DNA of 64,000 bases from an uncultured Chloroflexia bacterium. GTDB lineage: Bacteria; Chloroflexota; Anaerolineae; JAAYZQ01. The DNA is taken from contig CAVOXA010000015.1 of NCBI GenBank assembly GCA_963700285.1, forward strand, positions 192,001 through 256,000. Direction: 5' to 3'. Below the pieces are notes generated by a model, which saw only the letters and a program-made list of their open reading frames with translations, ran no database searches and was not told the origin of the DNA. Made by a program: the position numbers and the translations under genes. Position 1 is the stretch's first letter. Every line of letters begins with the position of its first letter. Positions 19,514 to 29,963 of the stretch are shown one piece after another.

Positions 19514-21277
19514 TCAAGGCGCCAACTCCACGTAGATGGGATTCCCTATTGAGATGGTATTGCCGGTAGGCGTGATATTCCTGCCGTACTTGTCGTACAC
19601 CCCATGAACACCAGCAGGCAGGTCGACTCTATGTGATTGCTCATCGGGCGCCCACAAGACCCATATCCGCCTTTCTGGCGCAGAAAATTCGTAACCGCGC
19701 AGTTCAGGGTATTGAACCACCAAACTACTGAAAGAAGCGCCAGCCAGTTCCTCGCTCAGAAAGCTCAGAGCATGATAGGCTGGCCCGGGTACTTGGCCAG
19801 CGTCTAGCATGCCGCCGTGCCGCCAGCCCGGGCCCTCAAACTGGTACCAGATTGTGCCCAGCAGGCCCTCTGCCCAGTTTCGGACAAACAACCAGACCAC
19901 ATAGTCTGCTTGGGTTTCATAGAAAGCAGCCTGTGGAGGATTACAGAGGGGATGGTTTGGATGACAAAGAAGTGAGCCTTCAGTGTGCATAAGCGGTTTG
20001 TCCACGCCATAGGCAGCCATAGCTTCGCGCAGGAAGTTGATCTTGCCCAGGACCACGCCGCCCCGGTCTTCCCAGGATGGGAAATGCTCATCCCATGGTA
20101 GCGAGCCGTCGTACAGCGCATAGCCGTGAAAGCTGACAACGTCAAAGTAGTTGCCACCCCCATTGCGCAAGATCCCCTCCAAGAACTTGGCTGGTTTGCA
20201 GTCCTTGCCCTGCGGTGGATGGGTGGGGTCGCAATCCAGCAGCAATCCACCGATGAGCACCTGGGCTTCGGGATCTGCGTCTTTGATGGCAGGATAGGCG
20301 ACCTTCAGCATCTCGGCATAGTAGCCGCCGCCATAGTAGGGGTCATTCTCATCACCCCAACAACCGAGTACGCTGTGCGGTTCTACCAGCCTGGGGTCAA
20401 CGTCCGGCTCGTTGCCCAACTCCCAATACTGGATGTTGTAGGGCTCCTGGCTGTAGCGCTTTACCAGAGAGGTGAGGAAGTGGGCGTACTCGTCCAGCGC
20501 ATCCTGTTTGATAGGGCCGCAGAAGGTTCCAGACACCTTCTGGGCCCATTCTGGCGTGAACTTGACCGCAGCAATGACCTGCATGCCTGCATCGGCCGCG
20601 TTTCTCAGGCTGGCTTCATCTACCGCCTGCCAGTTGTAGGCGGGTGGATCCGCGGACACCGGTTCTATCCTATCCCAGTGGAAGACATCGAAGCGCATCC
20701 AATGTACCCCGGCCTCTTTGGCCCAGTCCAGGCCATGCGCTTGATCGATCTGGTGCATCTGGGAGCCAATGACTGGTGGCTGCAAGGGGGGCTCCGGGGC
20801 AGCAACGACCGAGGAGGATCCGGCCACCGGCTTGGTGCGCATCTCCGGTATCGCGGTGGCGGTCATGCTAAGCGAAGCCTTTGCTAGGGCAGTGGGGTTC
20901 GGTGTCAGAGTTGCGCCTGGGCTCCGCCCTGGCAAAGGACTAGTAGGCAGTTGTGCGGAGGCGCTCCCCGCGCTAATTTCAGCAGAGGTAGCGAGCTCTC
21001 CCGCTTGTCCACAGCCAGCCAAGAGGCAAGTGAGGAGCAGTGCGACAAGGGCGAACATCCAGTTTCCAGCCAGTGCCACTGTGTTGCGTGCTCGCCATGG
21101 CCATTTGTCCGTCTGACTTCTCAGAGACGGCAGATCGCAGTGGACCAGCAGGTCAGTGGCGATTCTGCGGTTCGTGCTGTCAGCTCTGTTGTCTCTTTGA
21201 GCAGAGCCCGTGTCTGCGCCCAATGCTGCGGCTCCCAGAGTCAGGAACCAGAAGGTCTCAAGGCGCCAACTCGACAT
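19514..21277 (-). CDS. Clan GH-A glycoside hydrolase (GH5/GH39-like), probable lipoprotein
   Basis: WELGNEPD acid/base and HTEG nucleophile motifs. LLAGC lipobox after ATG 21058 (likely true start) followed by a Pro/Ser/Thr linker. Confidence 0.8.
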   Translation of the reverse strand: MSSWRLETFWFLTLGAAALGADTGSAQRDNRADSTNRRIATDLLVHCDLPSLRSQTDKWPWRARNTVALAGNWMFALVALLLTCLLAGCGQAGELATSAEISAGSASAQLPTSPLPGRSPGATLTPNPTALAKASLSMTATAIPEMRTKPVAGSSSVVAAPEPPLQPPVIGSQMHQIDQAHGLDWAKEAGVHWMRFDVFHWDRIEPVSADPPAYNWQAVDEASLRNAADAGMQVIAAVKFTPEWAQKVSGTFCGPIKQDALDEYAHFLTSLVKRYSQEPYNIQYWELGNEPDVDPRLVEPHSVLGCWGDENDPYYGGGYYAEMLKVAYPAIKDADPEAQVLIGGLLLDCDPTHPPQGKDCKPAKFLEGILRNGGGNYFDVVSFHGYALYDGSLPWDEHFPSWEDRGGVVLGKINFLREAMAAYGVDKPLMHTEGSLLCHPNHPLCNPPQAAFYETQADYVVWLFVRNWAEGLLGTIWYQFEGPGWRHGGMLDAGQVPGPAYHALSFLSEELAGASFSSLVVQYPELRGYEFSAPERRIWVLWAPDEQSHRVDLPAGVHGVYDKYGRNITPTGNTISIGNPIYVELAP

Positions 21278-22757
21278 AGATCGGGCTCTTTACCGTAACC
21301 TTTCCACCAACCGGTGCAACGGGCACGCCATACTTGTCGTACACCTTGTTCGCGCCTGCAGGCAGGGTGATGGGATGCGGTTGTTCATCAGGCGCCCACA
21401 GGACCCATATCCTCTTCCCCGGGGCAGAGAACTCGTAGGCCCGCAGGCCGGAATACCTGGTTACGGCTTTCTCGTACTTGGCCCCGTCCAGTTCCTGAGA
21501 CAGAAACTTGAGGGCATCGTAGGCTGGTTTGGATTGCTGATTCTCATCCAGCAGTCCGCTGTGTCGCCAGCCAGAACCCTCAAAGTGATACCAGATCGTC
21601 GCGTGCAGGCCTTGGGCCCAGTTGCGGACAAAAAGCCAGACGACATAATCCGCCTGCTGCTGGAAGAATTCCGGTTGTGGGGGATTGCAGAAGGGGCTGT
21701 TCTCATGACACAGCAGCCCTCCTTCGGTGTGCATTAAGGGTTTGTCCACGCCATAGGCGGACATGACCTCACGCAGAAAGTCAATCCTGCCCAGGACCGC
21801 GCCGCCCCGAGCTGCCCATGTGGGATAAAGCTCATCCCATTGGAGCGCGCCGTTGTACAGGTGATAGCCATGAAAGCTGACAATGTCAAAATAGTTCCCG
21901 CCCCCATTGCTCAAGATCCCCTCCAGGAACTTTGCTGGCTTGCAGTCCTGGCCCTGAGGTGGATGGGTGGGGTCGCAATCCAACAGCAATCCGCCGATGA
22001 GCACCTGGGCTCTTGGATCTGCGGCCTTGATGGCGGGATAAGCAGCCTTCAGCATCTCGGCATAGTAGCCCCCGCCGTAGTAGGGGTCCTGGAAATCTCC
22101 CCAACAACCAAAGATTTGTCGTGGCCCAACCCAGGCTGGGTCCACGTCGGGCTCATTGCCCAACTCCCAATAATGGATGTTGTAGGGCCCCTGGCTGTAA
22201 CGCTTGACCAATGCAGTAAGGAACTGGGCGTACTCGCCCAGCACATCCTGCCTGATAGGCCCACAGAAGGAGCCGGGTACCTTCTGGGCCCACGCTGGCG
22301 TGTACTTGATTGTCCCGATGATCTGCAGACCCTCATCAGCCGCATTTCTGAGGCTGACCTCGTCCACTGTTTGCCAGTCATAGGTAGATGTTCTCGTGGG
22401 CTGTATCCGGTCCCAATCAAAAGCAGGGAAGCGTACCCAATGCACGCCAGCATCGCCGGCTAGCCCCGCGTGCTGCGAACTGACGCTCTTCATCTCTGTC
22501 CCAAAGATGGGCGGAGGTAGAGGATAACTCCTAGCTATCAATGGCAGGTAGGCAGCATTCTCATTGGAAGCCGGTGCCACTCCAGGAGATATGTCAGGAT
22601 CGCCCGAGTAGATCGCCCGAGTTGCCTCTACGTTCACAGAAGCATGGCTTGTCAAGCCCATTGACCAAGCAGCCGCAAGCAGCCCCCCTGTCATGACTGC
22701 TGCCATTGCCAAAGAAACTACCTGTCTTCTGAATATCCCAGTTCGCCGCTGCATCAT
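21258..22757 (-). CDS. Clan GH-A glycoside hydrolase, secreted; tandem paralog
   Basis: WELGNEPD, HTEG, signal peptide and AYLPLIAR motif; long identical stretches with 19514-21277. Confidence 0.82.
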   Translation of the reverse strand: MMQRRTGIFRRQVVSLAMAAVMTGGLLAAAWSMGLTSHASVNVEATRAIYSGDPDISPGVAPASNENAAYLPLIARSYPLPPPIFGTEMKSVSSQHAGLAGDAGVHWVRFPAFDWDRIQPTRTSTYDWQTVDEVSLRNAADEGLQIIGTIKYTPAWAQKVPGSFCGPIRQDVLGEYAQFLTALVKRYSQGPYNIHYWELGNEPDVDPAWVGPRQIFGCWGDFQDPYYGGGYYAEMLKAAYPAIKAADPRAQVLIGGLLLDCDPTHPPQGQDCKPAKFLEGILSNGGGNYFDIVSFHGYHLYNGALQWDELYPTWAARGGAVLGRIDFLREVMSAYGVDKPLMHTEGGLLCHENSPFCNPPQPEFFQQQADYVVWLFVRNWAQGLHATIWYHFEGSGWRHSGLLDENQQSKPAYDALKFLSQELDGAKYEKAVTRYSGLRAYEFSAPGKRIWVLWAPDEQPHPITLPAGANKVYDKYGVPVAPVGGKVTVKSPIYVELAP

Positions 22758-22980
22758 CCACCCCCTACCAGAGTAATAGGTATGCCTGATCGTCTCAAAC
22801 AAGGCCCCAGTATACCACAGCGACTGGAATACGCAAAAGGACCATCGGCGACTGCAGGACAAGTAGCGCCTCTCTTCCAAGGCACGTTGGGGCTGGCACA
22901 CAGGGGCAGGCGCATTTGCACTATGGCCGATTCTGTTTATGACAATCTAAAAGAGGCTCTTCCGCATTTTTCGTAAAAGC

Positions 22981-24116
22981 GTGACTGCTCAGGATGCGCG
23001 CCGTTGCCTCCACGACCTGGTCAGCAAAGGGGATCCGATGGCCGCTATCTTGGCCTCTGCCCTGGCCGTCCACCGACCGGATTCAAGGGAGAGGACTACC
23101 ATCTGGATGAGCGCCGTGACGGCAAGCCACACATTGTGCAGCGCTGGGTGCCAGATCCTGAAGTCTGGCCCAGGGCCAAGAAGGCTTGGGAGATGCGGGC
23201 TGCCGGTACCAGCTATGAAACCATCCTGGCCGAAACTCGCCTGTTCAAGACCAAGGGCTGCTTCAGCACCTTCTTTGCCAGAGATCTATCTTGGCAGATT
23301 GGTCTTTGGCGATGAACGCTACGAGGACTTTGTGCCGGCGCTGGTCGATCAGGATACGTGGGATGCGGTGCAGGCCCGTCGATACAAGCGGCCCAAACGA
23401 GGAGGAAAACACCCGGTGAAGAACGCCAAGCAGCAGGGCAGCCCCTACCTGCTATCGGGGGTGGCAGAATTTGGCTACTGCGGTGCGGTCATGGTAGGGG
23501 GAAAGGACAATGTCAACACCCGGCCGAATCCCTGGGTGTACTATCTCTGTGGACGCAAGAGACGAGAGGGCTACAGTTCCTGCGAGGGGCGAAAGACCGA
23601 CACGGAAGTCATCCATCAGACGGTGCTCGAGTACGTCCTCACCGAGGTCCTCACCGAGCCGGTCCTGCGGCGGACGCAGGAGCAGATCAATGAGGCCCTG
23701 GTCGAGGAGATACCCAACCTCGAAGAGGATCTGATGGCTACTCGTGCCGAGTTGCGTAGACTGGATCAGTCCATCGAGCGATTGCTGGATGCTATCGAAG
23801 CAGGTGACAGCCGCCGTGCCTGGCAACGGCTGGAAGAACGGGAGACCGAGCGGGACCTGATTGCTGCCCGCATCGCTGCCCTTGAGGTGCGGCAGAGTCA
23901 GGGCCAGATCCGGATCGACGATGCGGCTTTGAAGGCTCTTATCGAGGAGATGCGAGACGATTTGCTCAGTGAGGACGTGGCCGTTGCTCGCTCGATACTG
24001 AAGCAGTTGGTGGTCAAACTCAAGGTGAAAAATGAAGGGGAAACGCTCACTTGGACGCTCCCCCGCGTGACAGGTTTTTGGTCAGTGCTCCCAGGGAAAT
24101 CTGAATCCCTGTCGCC
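22981..24116 (+). pseudogene. Large serine recombinase remnant (no catalytic N-domain, frameshifted)
   Basis: Recombinase-domain start G.PPTGFK in ORF 23004-23315, shift near 23275 into IYLG...PALVD..TWDAVQ; zinc ribbon YLLSG...GYCGAVM...YYLC and coiled coil follow. Confidence 0.75.
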
Positions 24117-24121
24117 AACTT
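24085..24121 (-). other. Degenerate tRNA 3'-half (tRNA-Glu-like), putative att remnant
   Basis: Minus strand reads AAGTTGG-CGAC-AGGGA-TTCAGAT-TTCCC-TGGGAGC-AC, matching anticodon-stem 3' side, variable loop, T-arm and acceptor; located at the recombinase 3' end. Confidence 0.5.
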
Positions 24122-24151
24122 CCCATGATCTGAGTGGGAGTGAGGCCAGAA

Positions 24152-25270
24152 CTACCTCATTGCAAAAAAGAACCGGACCAGTTGGATCACTTGAGCCACC
24201 TCATAGTCGCTCAATTGGGGAAAGATGGGTAGCGACAGGATCTCGGAAGCGGCATTCTCGGCATTGGGACAGGACCCCTGCTCGTAGCCCAGATACGCGT
24301 AGGCCCCTTGATGGTGAACGCCCTGAGGATAGTGGACACCGGTCTTGACCCTGGCCCCGGCCAGATAGTCACGCAGCGCCTCCCTCCAGGGCGTTCGCAC
24401 CACGTACAGGTGATAGACGTGTTCCACGTCGCTGGGCACAGCTGGCAGCGCCAGATCCTCGAAACCGCCCAGACCGGCGTCGTAGCGGGCCGCCACCGCC
24501 CGGCGCCGCTGGCTCCAGGCGTCGAGGTGGGGCAGCTTGGCCCGTAGGATGGCGGCCTGGATCTCGTCCAGGCGACTGTTGGTACCCAACAGATCGTGCT
24601 GGTAGGTGCCCCGCTGACCGCCATGGCGCAGCACCCGAACCTTTTCGGCCAACACGGCGTCATCGGTGACAACGGCCCCCGCATCGCCATAGGCGCCCAG
24701 GTTCTTGCTGGGGTAGAAACTAAAGGCGGCCAGATCACCCAGTCCGCCAATGCGCTTGCCCTGGTAGCGAGCGCCGTGGGCTTGGGCTGCGTCCTCCAGT
24801 ACCAGGAGCTTGTGCCGCCGGGCGATCTCCAGGATGGGCTGCATGTCAGCCGGGCAGCCGTAGAGGTGTACGGGGATGACAGCCGCCGTTCGGGGTGTGA
24901 CGGCCGCCTCAACGGCCACCGGATCAAGGGTGTAGTACTTTGGGTCAATATCGGCAAAGACAGGTGTGGCGCCCACCAGAGAGACGGCCAGAGCCGTAAA
25001 GGCCGCCGTCAGTGCGGGGACGATTACCTCGTCGCCGGGGCCGACGCCAGCGGCCCTCAGGCCCAGGTGGAGGGCATCGGTACCATTTCCGACCCCCACG
25101 GCGTGGGCCACGCCGCAATAGCTGGCCCACGCTGCCTCGAATGCCTCGCCTTCCTCGCCCAGGATGAACCAGCCACGGCGCAGGACTCGCTCGATGGCCG
25201 TGTCGATTTCGGAGCGCAGGCGGCCATATTCCCGCCCCAGATCGCCCATAGGAATCGAGGATGGCATCAT
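24152..25270 (-). CDS. DegT/DnrJ/EryC1/StrS nucleotide-sugar aminotransferase
   Basis: NGTDAL, PVHLYG, EDAAQAHG, SFYPSKNLGAYGDAG, NSRLDEIQAA. Confidence 0.93.
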   Translation of the reverse strand: MMPSSIPMGDLGREYGRLRSEIDTAIERVLRRGWFILGEEGEAFEAAWASYCGVAHAVGVGNGTDALHLGLRAAGVGPGDEVIVPALTAAFTALAVSLVGATPVFADIDPKYYTLDPVAVEAAVTPRTAAVIPVHLYGCPADMQPILEIARRHKLLVLEDAAQAHGARYQGKRIGGLGDLAAFSFYPSKNLGAYGDAGAVVTDDAVLAEKVRVLRHGGQRGTYQHDLLGTNSRLDEIQAAILRAKLPHLDAWSQRRRAVAARYDAGLGGFEDLALPAVPSDVEHVYHLYVVRTPWREALRDYLAGARVKTGVHYPQGVHHQGAYAYLGYEQGSCPNAENAASEILSLPIFPQLSDYEVAQVIQLVRFFFAMR

Positions 25271-26349
25271 TCCGGATCCCAATAGTGCTGGTGGTGTGCT
25301 TGGTAGTAAGCGAGGCTCCGCCGCAGGCCCTCCTGCAGCGACACGCGGGGGCGCCAACCCAGCTTGCTGCGGATCTTGCGATAGTCGCCGTAATAGTCGC
25401 CGATGTCAATGCGCTTCCGGCTATCGGGCCAGGGCACCAGCCTGTAGCTGCCCTTCCCTGCTACCTCGACGAGAAGCTGGCCCAGGTGCAGCAAGTTGAT
25501 GGGCTCGTCGCCGCCCAGGTTATAGACCTGCCCGTTGGCCTGGTCGTCGACGGCAACGCGCAGAAGGGCATCGACCACGTCGTCCACGTGGTTAAAGTCG
25601 CGCACCTGGCGGCCATCGCCATAGATCGCCAGCTCCCCCCCCTCAACGACAATGCGCAACCACAGGCCCAGGAAGGTCTGCCGGGCATCACAGACGCGCA
25701 TCCGGGGGCCGTAGGTATTGGTCAAACGCAGAGATGTGGCCCGCACCCCATAGACATTGTTGTAGACAATGTGGTACCACTCGCCGGCCATCTTGTTAAT
25801 GCCATTCACGTCGGTGGGGTGCACCAGGTGGCGCTCGTCCACCGGCAAGTAGTCGGGCACACCATAGATCTGGCGCGTACCGGCAAAGACGACCTTTACG
25901 CCGGGGTTGTTGTAGCGGCACGATTCCAGGATGGAAAGCTGGCTGCGGCAGTTGATCTCCAGGTCGGTAAAGGGGTCGCGCATGCTGTCCAGGTGGCTGA
26001 CCTGGCCCGCCAGGTTAAAGAGATAATCCTGGCCCTGTACCAAATAGTCCATGCTGGATCGGTCGCGCACGTCGGCGATGTTGATCTGGACCTGGTCCCT
26101 GATGTCCTCCACGTTAAAGAGGTTACCGCCATACTCGGGGATGAGAGAGTCGACGATGAGCACCTCAGCGCCCAGTTTTACCAACCGCCAGGCCAGGTTG
26201 GAGCCGATGAAGCCCAGACCGCCGGTGACGAGCACCTTTTTCCCCTGAAATTGCTCCAGGTAGGCCACTCGCCCTGTCCCTTGCCAGGGGGCGCCTTGGC
26301 CCACAGCCCCACAGCCATTCTCGCGGGCGGCAACAGAACCGCTAGCCAT
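25267..26349 (-). CDS. NAD-dependent epimerase/dehydratase (extended SDR)
   Basis: TGGLGFIGS, NGINK (Y-to-N variant of YxxxK), LRLTNTYGP, RDFNHVDD. Confidence 0.9.
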   Translation of the reverse strand: MASGSVAARENGCGAVGQGAPWQGTGRVAYLEQFQGKKVLVTGGLGFIGSNLAWRLVKLGAEVLIVDSLIPEYGGNLFNVEDIRDQVQINIADVRDRSSMDYLVQGQDYLFNLAGQVSHLDSMRDPFTDLEINCRSQLSILESCRYNNPGVKVVFAGTRQIYGVPDYLPVDERHLVHPTDVNGINKMAGEWYHIVYNNVYGVRATSLRLTNTYGPRMRVCDARQTFLGLWLRIVVEGGELAIYGDGRQVRDFNHVDDVVDALLRVAVDDQANGQVYNLGGDEPINLLHLGQLLVEVAGKGSYRLVPWPDSRKRIDIGDYYGDYRKIRSKLGWRPRVSLQEGLRRSLAYYQAHHQHYWDPE

Positions 26350-27122
26350 CAGATCTCACTCCCTGCTTGTCTCCGTCCGGTCAGTTGGGGCCAACGGAGT
26401 TCCCACCAGAGGGCCCAGAGCTGCTTTCCCGTACGCCAGATGCGCCGGAAGTTAAAGAATTGGCTCTTGCCGTAGGCGCGGTGGTAGTGGTGGACCGGCA
26501 CCTCGACGATGCGATAGCCTGCATCCTGAACCTTTTTCATCAACTCCACGCAGATGACGCCCGAGTCCGATTCCAGGCGGACCTGGTCAAAGACACTGCG
26601 GCGCATCAGGCGGAAATCGCAATCTACATCCCGCAGGCTGAGCCCAAAGGCCAGCTTTACGGTCCAGTGGTAGAGGCGCCCGATGAAGACCCGGTGCATC
26701 GGGTCGGAGCGGCTGATCTTGTAGCCGTTTACAAAATCCACCTGTGCGTTCCAGACCTCGTACAGTCGCGTCATTTCCTGGGGATCGTATTGGGCGTCTC
26801 CATCGGTATAGAAAACGAGATCCTTGGTGGCGCTACGAAAACCGGTGCGCAGCGCACCACCATAGCCCCGGTTCTGCTCGTGGTGGATGACGCGCAGTTC
26901 CGGGTAGCGGGCAGCCAACTCCTCCAGCACCGCAGCGGTATAATCGGCGCTTCCGTCGTTGATGACGATCACTTCATAGTCGTCTGTCAGCTCGCGCAGG
27001 GTCATCAAGGCCGTGAGAACCATGCTGGGAATGGTCCCACCGTCATTGTAGGCAGGAAAAAAGGCCGAGATACTTGGCTGTAATGGCCCGGTCTCTGCAC
27101 TTGTTGGCCGGTCGTCGGTCAT
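26349..27122 (-). CDS. GT2 polyprenol-phosphate sugar synthase (DPM1-like)
   Basis: FPAYND, INDGSAD, NRGYGGA, TDGDAQYD, DVDCDFRL. ATG 27122 with AGGAG RBS. Confidence 0.88.
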   Translation of the reverse strand: MTDDRPTSAETGPLQPSISAFFPAYNDGGTIPSMVLTALMTLRELTDDYEVIVINDGSADYTAAVLEELAARYPELRVIHHEQNRGYGGALRTGFRSATKDLVFYTDGDAQYDPQEMTRLYEVWNAQVDFVNGYKISRSDPMHRVFIGRLYHWTVKLAFGLSLRDVDCDFRLMRRSVFDQVRLESDSGVICVELMKKVQDAGYRIVEVPVHHYHRAYGKSQFFNFRRIWRTGKQLWALWWELRWPQLTGRRQAGSEI

Positions 27123-27164
27123 GCCGTCTGTAGCTCCTGGGTACTTGTGCGGTGGTGTACCCCA

Positions 27165-27236
27165 TCTGAAGGGCGTACCCTTTCTGAAGGGCGTACCCTT
27201 TCTGAAGGGCGTACCCTTTCTGAAGGGCGTACCCTT
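27165..27236. repeat. 4 x 18-bp perfect tandem repeat TCTGAAGGGCGTACCCTT
   Basis: Four exact units, each containing the inverted repeat AAGGG-CGTA-CCCTT; partial units flank the array. Confidence 0.95.
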
Positions 27237-27436
27237 TCCCAAGGGCAAAGTCCCACCAAAAGGTGGAACCCCATATGTGGGGCGATTATAGCACCGTTGG
27301 CAGGCAGCGTCAAGGGCGGTGAACGCGGGAATTGGGGTGATCTATCGTCATTGCCCCGCCTGCAGTTGTAGGGTATAATTGGTACCCAATCGGATAGCGT
27401 TCAACATCTCTGACACTTGAAACAAGGGGGCAAACG

Positions 27437-28552
27437 ATGCAGCGACGTATATTGGGCCGCACGGGTCTAGGGGTTTCGATCCTCGGTTTGGGCGGATTCC
27501 ACCTATTAGAGATTAGTACTGCCGGCGCCCAGGCCATTCTGAACCGCTATTTGGATGCCGGCGGTAACTATGTAGAGACGGCTCCAGAATATGGTCACGG
27601 AGAATCGGAGCGCAAGATCGGGCCGGTTATGGCCCAGCGGCGCGACGAGTGCGTGCTGGCCACCAAGTGCCACGCCCGAGACCGAGACCCCGCCAGCCAG
27701 TTGATCGACCAGAGCTTGAGACACCTGCACACAGACTGTGTAGACATCCTGTTCATGCACCACGTCCAGACACCGGACGAGTTGGACCGCATCCTGGCGG
27801 GGGGTGGCGCCTTGCGGGCGGCAGAGGCGGCCCGCGACGCGGGCAAGACGCGCTTTATCGGGATCTCCAGCCATGGCAGCCCGGAGGTCATGATCGAGGC
27901 CCTCAGGCGCTATCCCTTTGACGTGATCATGACCGGTACTAACTACTATGACCGGTTCAACTTTCCCTTGATCGAAAAAGAACTGCTGCCCCTAGCCCTG
28001 AAGGAGGAGGCTGGCATCGTGGGCATGAAGGCCGTGGCCGATGGCTTCCTGTGGCGTTCCGCCGAACAAGCCTTCCGCTACGCCTGGAGCCTGCCCATCC
28101 ACGTCATGGCGGCGGGCGCCAATACGATGGACATGCTCGATCAAGACCTGGCCTACGCCGGGGCCTTTGAGCCGATGGCGGAAGAGGAGCAAGAACGCTG
28201 GTTCTTTGAGGCGCCCGAGCTTGGCACCTACGTTTGTCGCCTGTGTGACAAGTGCCTGCCCTGTCCCGAGGGCATTGACATCCCCCGCATCTTTGAGTTG
28301 GAGGGCTGGTACGACCGCCAGATGTGGGATGGGGTCGTACGCGACCCGGCGGACTATGCCCTTCGCGAGAGGCTACGCTTCTGGTTCCAGAACGAGGACC
28401 GAGCGCGGGCGGCCTACGCGGCGCTGCCGGTCAGGGCCGATGCCTGTACCGACTGCGGTGAGTGCGAGCCGCGCTGTCCCTACCATCTGCCCATCGTGGA
28501 CAAGCTGGGCCACAGCCATTACAAACTGACAGGCGCAGAAATAGGCGATTGA
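27437..28552 (+). CDS. Aldo/keto reductase with C-terminal 4Fe-4S dicluster domain
   Basis: LGRTGL.VS.LGLG, ETAPEYG..ESE, LATK; [11 protein letters not shown] and [12 protein letters not shown]. Confidence 0.9.
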   Translation: MQRRILGRTGLGVSILGLGGFHLLEISTAGAQAILNRYLDAGGNYVETAPEYGHGESERKIGPVMAQRRDECVLATKCHARDRDPASQLIDQSLRHLHTDCVDILFMHHVQTPDELDRILAGGGALRAAEAARDAGKTRFIGISSHGSPEVMIEALRRYPFDVIMTGTNYYDRFNFPLIEKELLPLALKEEAGIVGMKAVADGFLWRSAEQAFRYAWSLPIHVMAAGANTMDMLDQDLAYAGAFEPMAEEEQERWFFEAPELGTYVCRLCDKCLPCPEGIDIPRIFELEGWYDRQMWDGVVRDPADYALRERLRFWFQNEDRARAAYAALPVRADACTDCGECEPRCPYHLPIVDKLGHSHYKLTGAEIGD

Positions 28553-29811
28553 TGATGACGGAAGTCATCGTGGCCGGCCATCTGTGCCTGGACATTTACC
28601 CAAAATTCGACTTCGACCAGGCCCAATCTGTGGCCCAACAAGCCCAGCTCGGGGCCGAACCAGCCCAATTTGGCCCCGAACTGGGTCGGGCTTTGGACAC
28701 GTACCTTGCACCTGGAAGATTGACCACAGTTGGTCCGGCGACCTTTTGCACAGGAGGAGCGGTCTCCAATGCCGGGATCAACCTCCACCGGCTGGGGATA
28801 CGCACCCAATTGATGGGCAAGATCGGTGACGATCTGCTGGGGCGGGCCATCCTGGACATGGTGAGCAGCTACAGCCCCGACCTGGCCCAGGGCATGATCA
28901 CCATGCCCGGCGAGGGCAGTTCTTACACGATCGTCATCGACCCACCTGGCATCGACCGCATATTCCTGCATGACCCGGGCGCCAACGACACCTTTGGCGC
29001 TGAAGACGTTCGCTACGAGTTGCTGGCTGGTGCCCAGCTCTTTCACTTTGGCTATCCGCCCCTGATGAGGCGCATGTACGCTGGCGAGGGGCAGGAACTG
29101 GTGAAGATATTCTAGAGGGCCAAGCAGACGGGGGTCACAACTTCCCTGGACCTGGCCATGCCCGATCCGGCCGGGGCCAGCGGCCAGGCCAATTGGCGGC
29201 TCATCCTGGCCCGTACCCTGCCCCAGGTGGACCTCTTTGTGCCCAGCGTCGAAGAGCTGCTGTTCATGCTGCATCGGGTGCGGTTCGACGAGCTCACGTC
29301 CAGCGTTGGCGCGGCAGGCATGCTGGAAGCCCTTACACCTGATGAGATCGTCGCTCTGGCCGATGAAGCTCTGGATATGGGGGCCAAGATGGTACTGCTA
29401 AAGATGGGTACCTTGGGCCTGTACTTGCGCACAGAGGCAGCGCTTTCTGACATTGGCCGTGGTGCGCCGTCAGGCTTGCCTGCTTGGGCCGGCCGTCAAC
29501 TGTGGGTTTCCTGCTATCAGCCAGACAGAGTAGCCTCGACTGTGGGCACAGGCGACGCGGCCATTGCCGGGTTCCTGGCAGCCCTGCTGCGGGGCGCTTC
29601 GCCCGGGCAGGCCCTCAATGTGGCCGCCGCGACGGGGGCCTGCTGTGTGGAAGAGCCCGGCGCTCTGGAGGGCGTACGCCCCTGGGGGGAGACGCTGGTC
29701 CGTGTGGAAGCTGGCTGGGCCCGCTTGCCGCTGGATCCGGCAGGTACCGGCTGGGTGTGGGATGGCCAGGATGGTGTCTGGCGGGGACCTGCTGATAGAG
29801 TGCAGGTCTAG
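28552..29811 (+). pseudogene. PfkB family carbohydrate kinase interrupted by an in-frame TAG at 29113-29115
   Basis: [14 protein letters not shown] and STVGTGDA motifs lie in one frame across the stop: VKIF*RAKQTGVTTSLD. Confidence 0.82.
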
Positions 29812-29923
29812 CCCCAATCGTTTGGTCCACTCCCCGCCAAACGAAGACCTTATCGCCAAAGGCAGAGGTGGAGCTTTCGCCCGCTGTCTATCCTTCACAA
29901 GTCTTTGTAGTAAACAGTAGCCC

Positions 29924-29934
29924 TGTGGTATAAT
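29924..29934 (+). promoter_or_regulatory. Extended -10 promoter
   Basis: TGTGGTATAAT about 30 nt upstream of the radical SAM gene. Confidence 0.5.
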
Positions 29935-29963
29935 TCCCCAAAATTGGACCAAGTGAGTATAAT

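Noticed and set aside
24085-24121. Functional tRNA gene
   Set aside because: Only a degenerate 3' half; no D-arm or 5' acceptor strand, and the T-loop is mutated.
27165-27236. Possible CRISPR array
   Set aside because: 18-bp units are directly adjacent with no spacers, and no cas genes are in the window.
27123-27248. KGTPFR-repeat N-terminal extension of the GT2
   Set aside because: Just the translated DNA repeat; ATG 27122 has a good RBS.
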